NCBI GenBank assembly: GCA_964016885.1
Contig: OZ024740.1
Coordinates: 160,952,001-161,016,000 of the forward strand
DNA length: 64,000 nt
Direction: 5' to 3'
Source of the DNA: Eledone cirrhosa
Taxonomy: Eukaryota
The notes below the pieces were generated by a model, which saw nothing but the letters and a program-made list of their open reading frames with translations, had not been told where the DNA came from and made no database searches. The position numbers and the translations under genes were made by a program. This document shows, piece after piece, positions 62,244-64,000 of the stretch (its first letter is position 1; each line of letters starts with the position of its first letter).

Positions 62244-63854
62244 CTGTCTCCAGTTTTAACACCTATACATATGGTGTTAAGTGAAGTCATGTAGCCTTGT
62301 CAGCTAAAAATCATATGGCCATCAGTTCGATTCCCAGACCAGAGGGGAGGGGGGTACACATTAGGTCCTTGAGCAAGGCATATCATTGGTTTTTTTCTGG
62401 TGAAAATGAATACTATCTGCAGCCAGTGCCAGATTTACCAGTGTGCTTAGGTGTGCTTAATCACAGGCCACATTGGCCAGGGGGGACCGATCTTCCCACC
62501 AAAAGAATTGTTTACCATCTTCAGGGCCCAAGTAAGGGGCCTCATAACTTAACTAACACATGACTTCATTTGTCTGCAGCTGTTTATTGGCCCTATACCA
62601 GATTGGTGTCCCATTTAGAGGTTATTATTTGTACTCTTAGCTGTTTAATATCTTGTGAAACAATGGTATACTCTGGTCTGCATCCAACTTGTGCATGCAT
62701 AGAAAAACAGGTGTAAAAACAATGATTCTTTTTTTTTTCTCTCTTTCACCCTCTCTTCTCCTCCCCCTCTCTCACTCTCTCACACATATATATTGTTATG
62801 GCTAATATCTGCAGCATTTTAACAAGCCTCTTGTGAGGTTGCATTTTACAAGAGGTTTCCAGGATGTTTTAATAATTAGGGCTTCAGTCATATTATTCTA
62901 TATATTATACTATGGTTGCTAAGATAAACCTTTATAAACCAGCCTGCCTAATACCAACCATACTGAAGTTGTCATTGTGGCTTACATCTGCATAGGTTTA
63001 GTAATGATCTCGGTTGTTTTAATAATATAGGCCACAGTCCTATCCTGTAGCAGGTGAAATTTCCAGTGAAAAATGGTAAAATTTAAATTCAGAACACTCA
63101 CAGCTGGATGAGACTGTAATGCATCATATTTGACATTCTAACAGTTCTGCCAATTCATTCTCTGGACTAGTATTATATTTATCAACCACAAAAAAAAAAA
63201 TTAAAGGCAAAGTTGACTTTGGTGGGATTTGAATGCATAGTTAAGTGAGAGTCATAATAAATACTAGAAGCCATTTACTCTGGTGCAATAATAACTTTTG
63301 CCAAAGTTAGTCTTGGTGGGTTTTGATCTCAGAACACAGACAGAGCCACAATAAACAATTCAAGCATTTACTCTGACACTCTAATGACTTTTGTCAATTT
63401 GCCACCAATTTTAGCTACTCATCCATGAAAGTTTTATTACATCTTGAATTTTATTGTGAGATTTTAGTTGGTCAACACCAGCATAACATATACTGACATA
63501 TAGCAAGCCAATGAGATTATCACCACTTCATTCAATTTGCTAGAAATATTAATCAAATCACCCTCAAACAACACTATATCATCTTAAACACACTGTCTCA
63601 ATAAAATATGTTATGGCTACAGCTGAAACCCATTAATTATAAGATTGTTCATTCAGGGCTGATCCTAGGCAACAATCAGTCAATATACAAAAAGAGAGAT
63701 TATTTTTTCCTAAACTTCTCCAAAATCTTGATTATATTAAACATTAGTTATAACACATAGGCTGTCTCTGCTAGAGAAATATAATTATGAAAGTATTTAA
63801 AATAGACCTGGAAATCTTTTAAACTTTGAGAACTCATGGTAATTGATGGTAATA

Positions 63855-64000
63855 ATTGTTTCTACTTTTGGTACAAGGCCAGTAATTATCCCAGTGTATT
63901 ACTGGTACTTTATTTTACCCCATAAGGATGAAAGGCAAAGTTAACTTCTGCGAGATTTGAACTCAGATTATAGAGGGCTGTAACTCTTTGCTACAAAGCA
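63855..64000 (-). mobile_element. SINE family B, cut by the window end
   Basis: ACTGGTACTTTATTTTA..AAGGATGAAAGGCAAAGTTAAC..GATTTGAACTCAG. Confidence 0.8.

Overview
AT-rich, microsatellite-dense eukaryotic DNA. The SINE/LINE repertoire and the (TA)n/(CATA)n/(GAT)n background suggest a coleoid cephalopod, probably Octopus (inference). I found no convincing host protein-coding exon, and most listed ORFs are translations of simple repeats. The window is a stack of mobile elements. These are: at least 8 Penelope-like element (PLE) fragments from several families; a CsRn1-type Ty3/Gypsy element with a tRNA-Trp PBS; two R4/Dong-type RLE LINEs; a CR1/L2-group LINE interrupted by a non-autonomous Helitron; RTE LINEs with partner tRNA-SINEs; a second SINE family; a Tigger/pogo fossil; and piggyBac-type MITEs. 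The most notable signal is a repeated architecture. Four sequence-unrelated palindromic (fold-back) PLE-type insertions (3.2-4.5, 4.8-9.1, 18.4-20.3 and 21.6-22.1 kb) each carry an outward-pointing type I hammerhead ribozyme motif in both arms, well-formed in three and degenerate in one. They range from RT+GIY-YIG-containing copies to a ~490-bp fully non-coding mini-element. About 9 well-formed and about 5 degenerate hammerhead motifs are visible, including U3-A8 and U4C core variants and a stem II with compensatory changes. All structures were folded by eye, and coordinates are approximate to a few bases.
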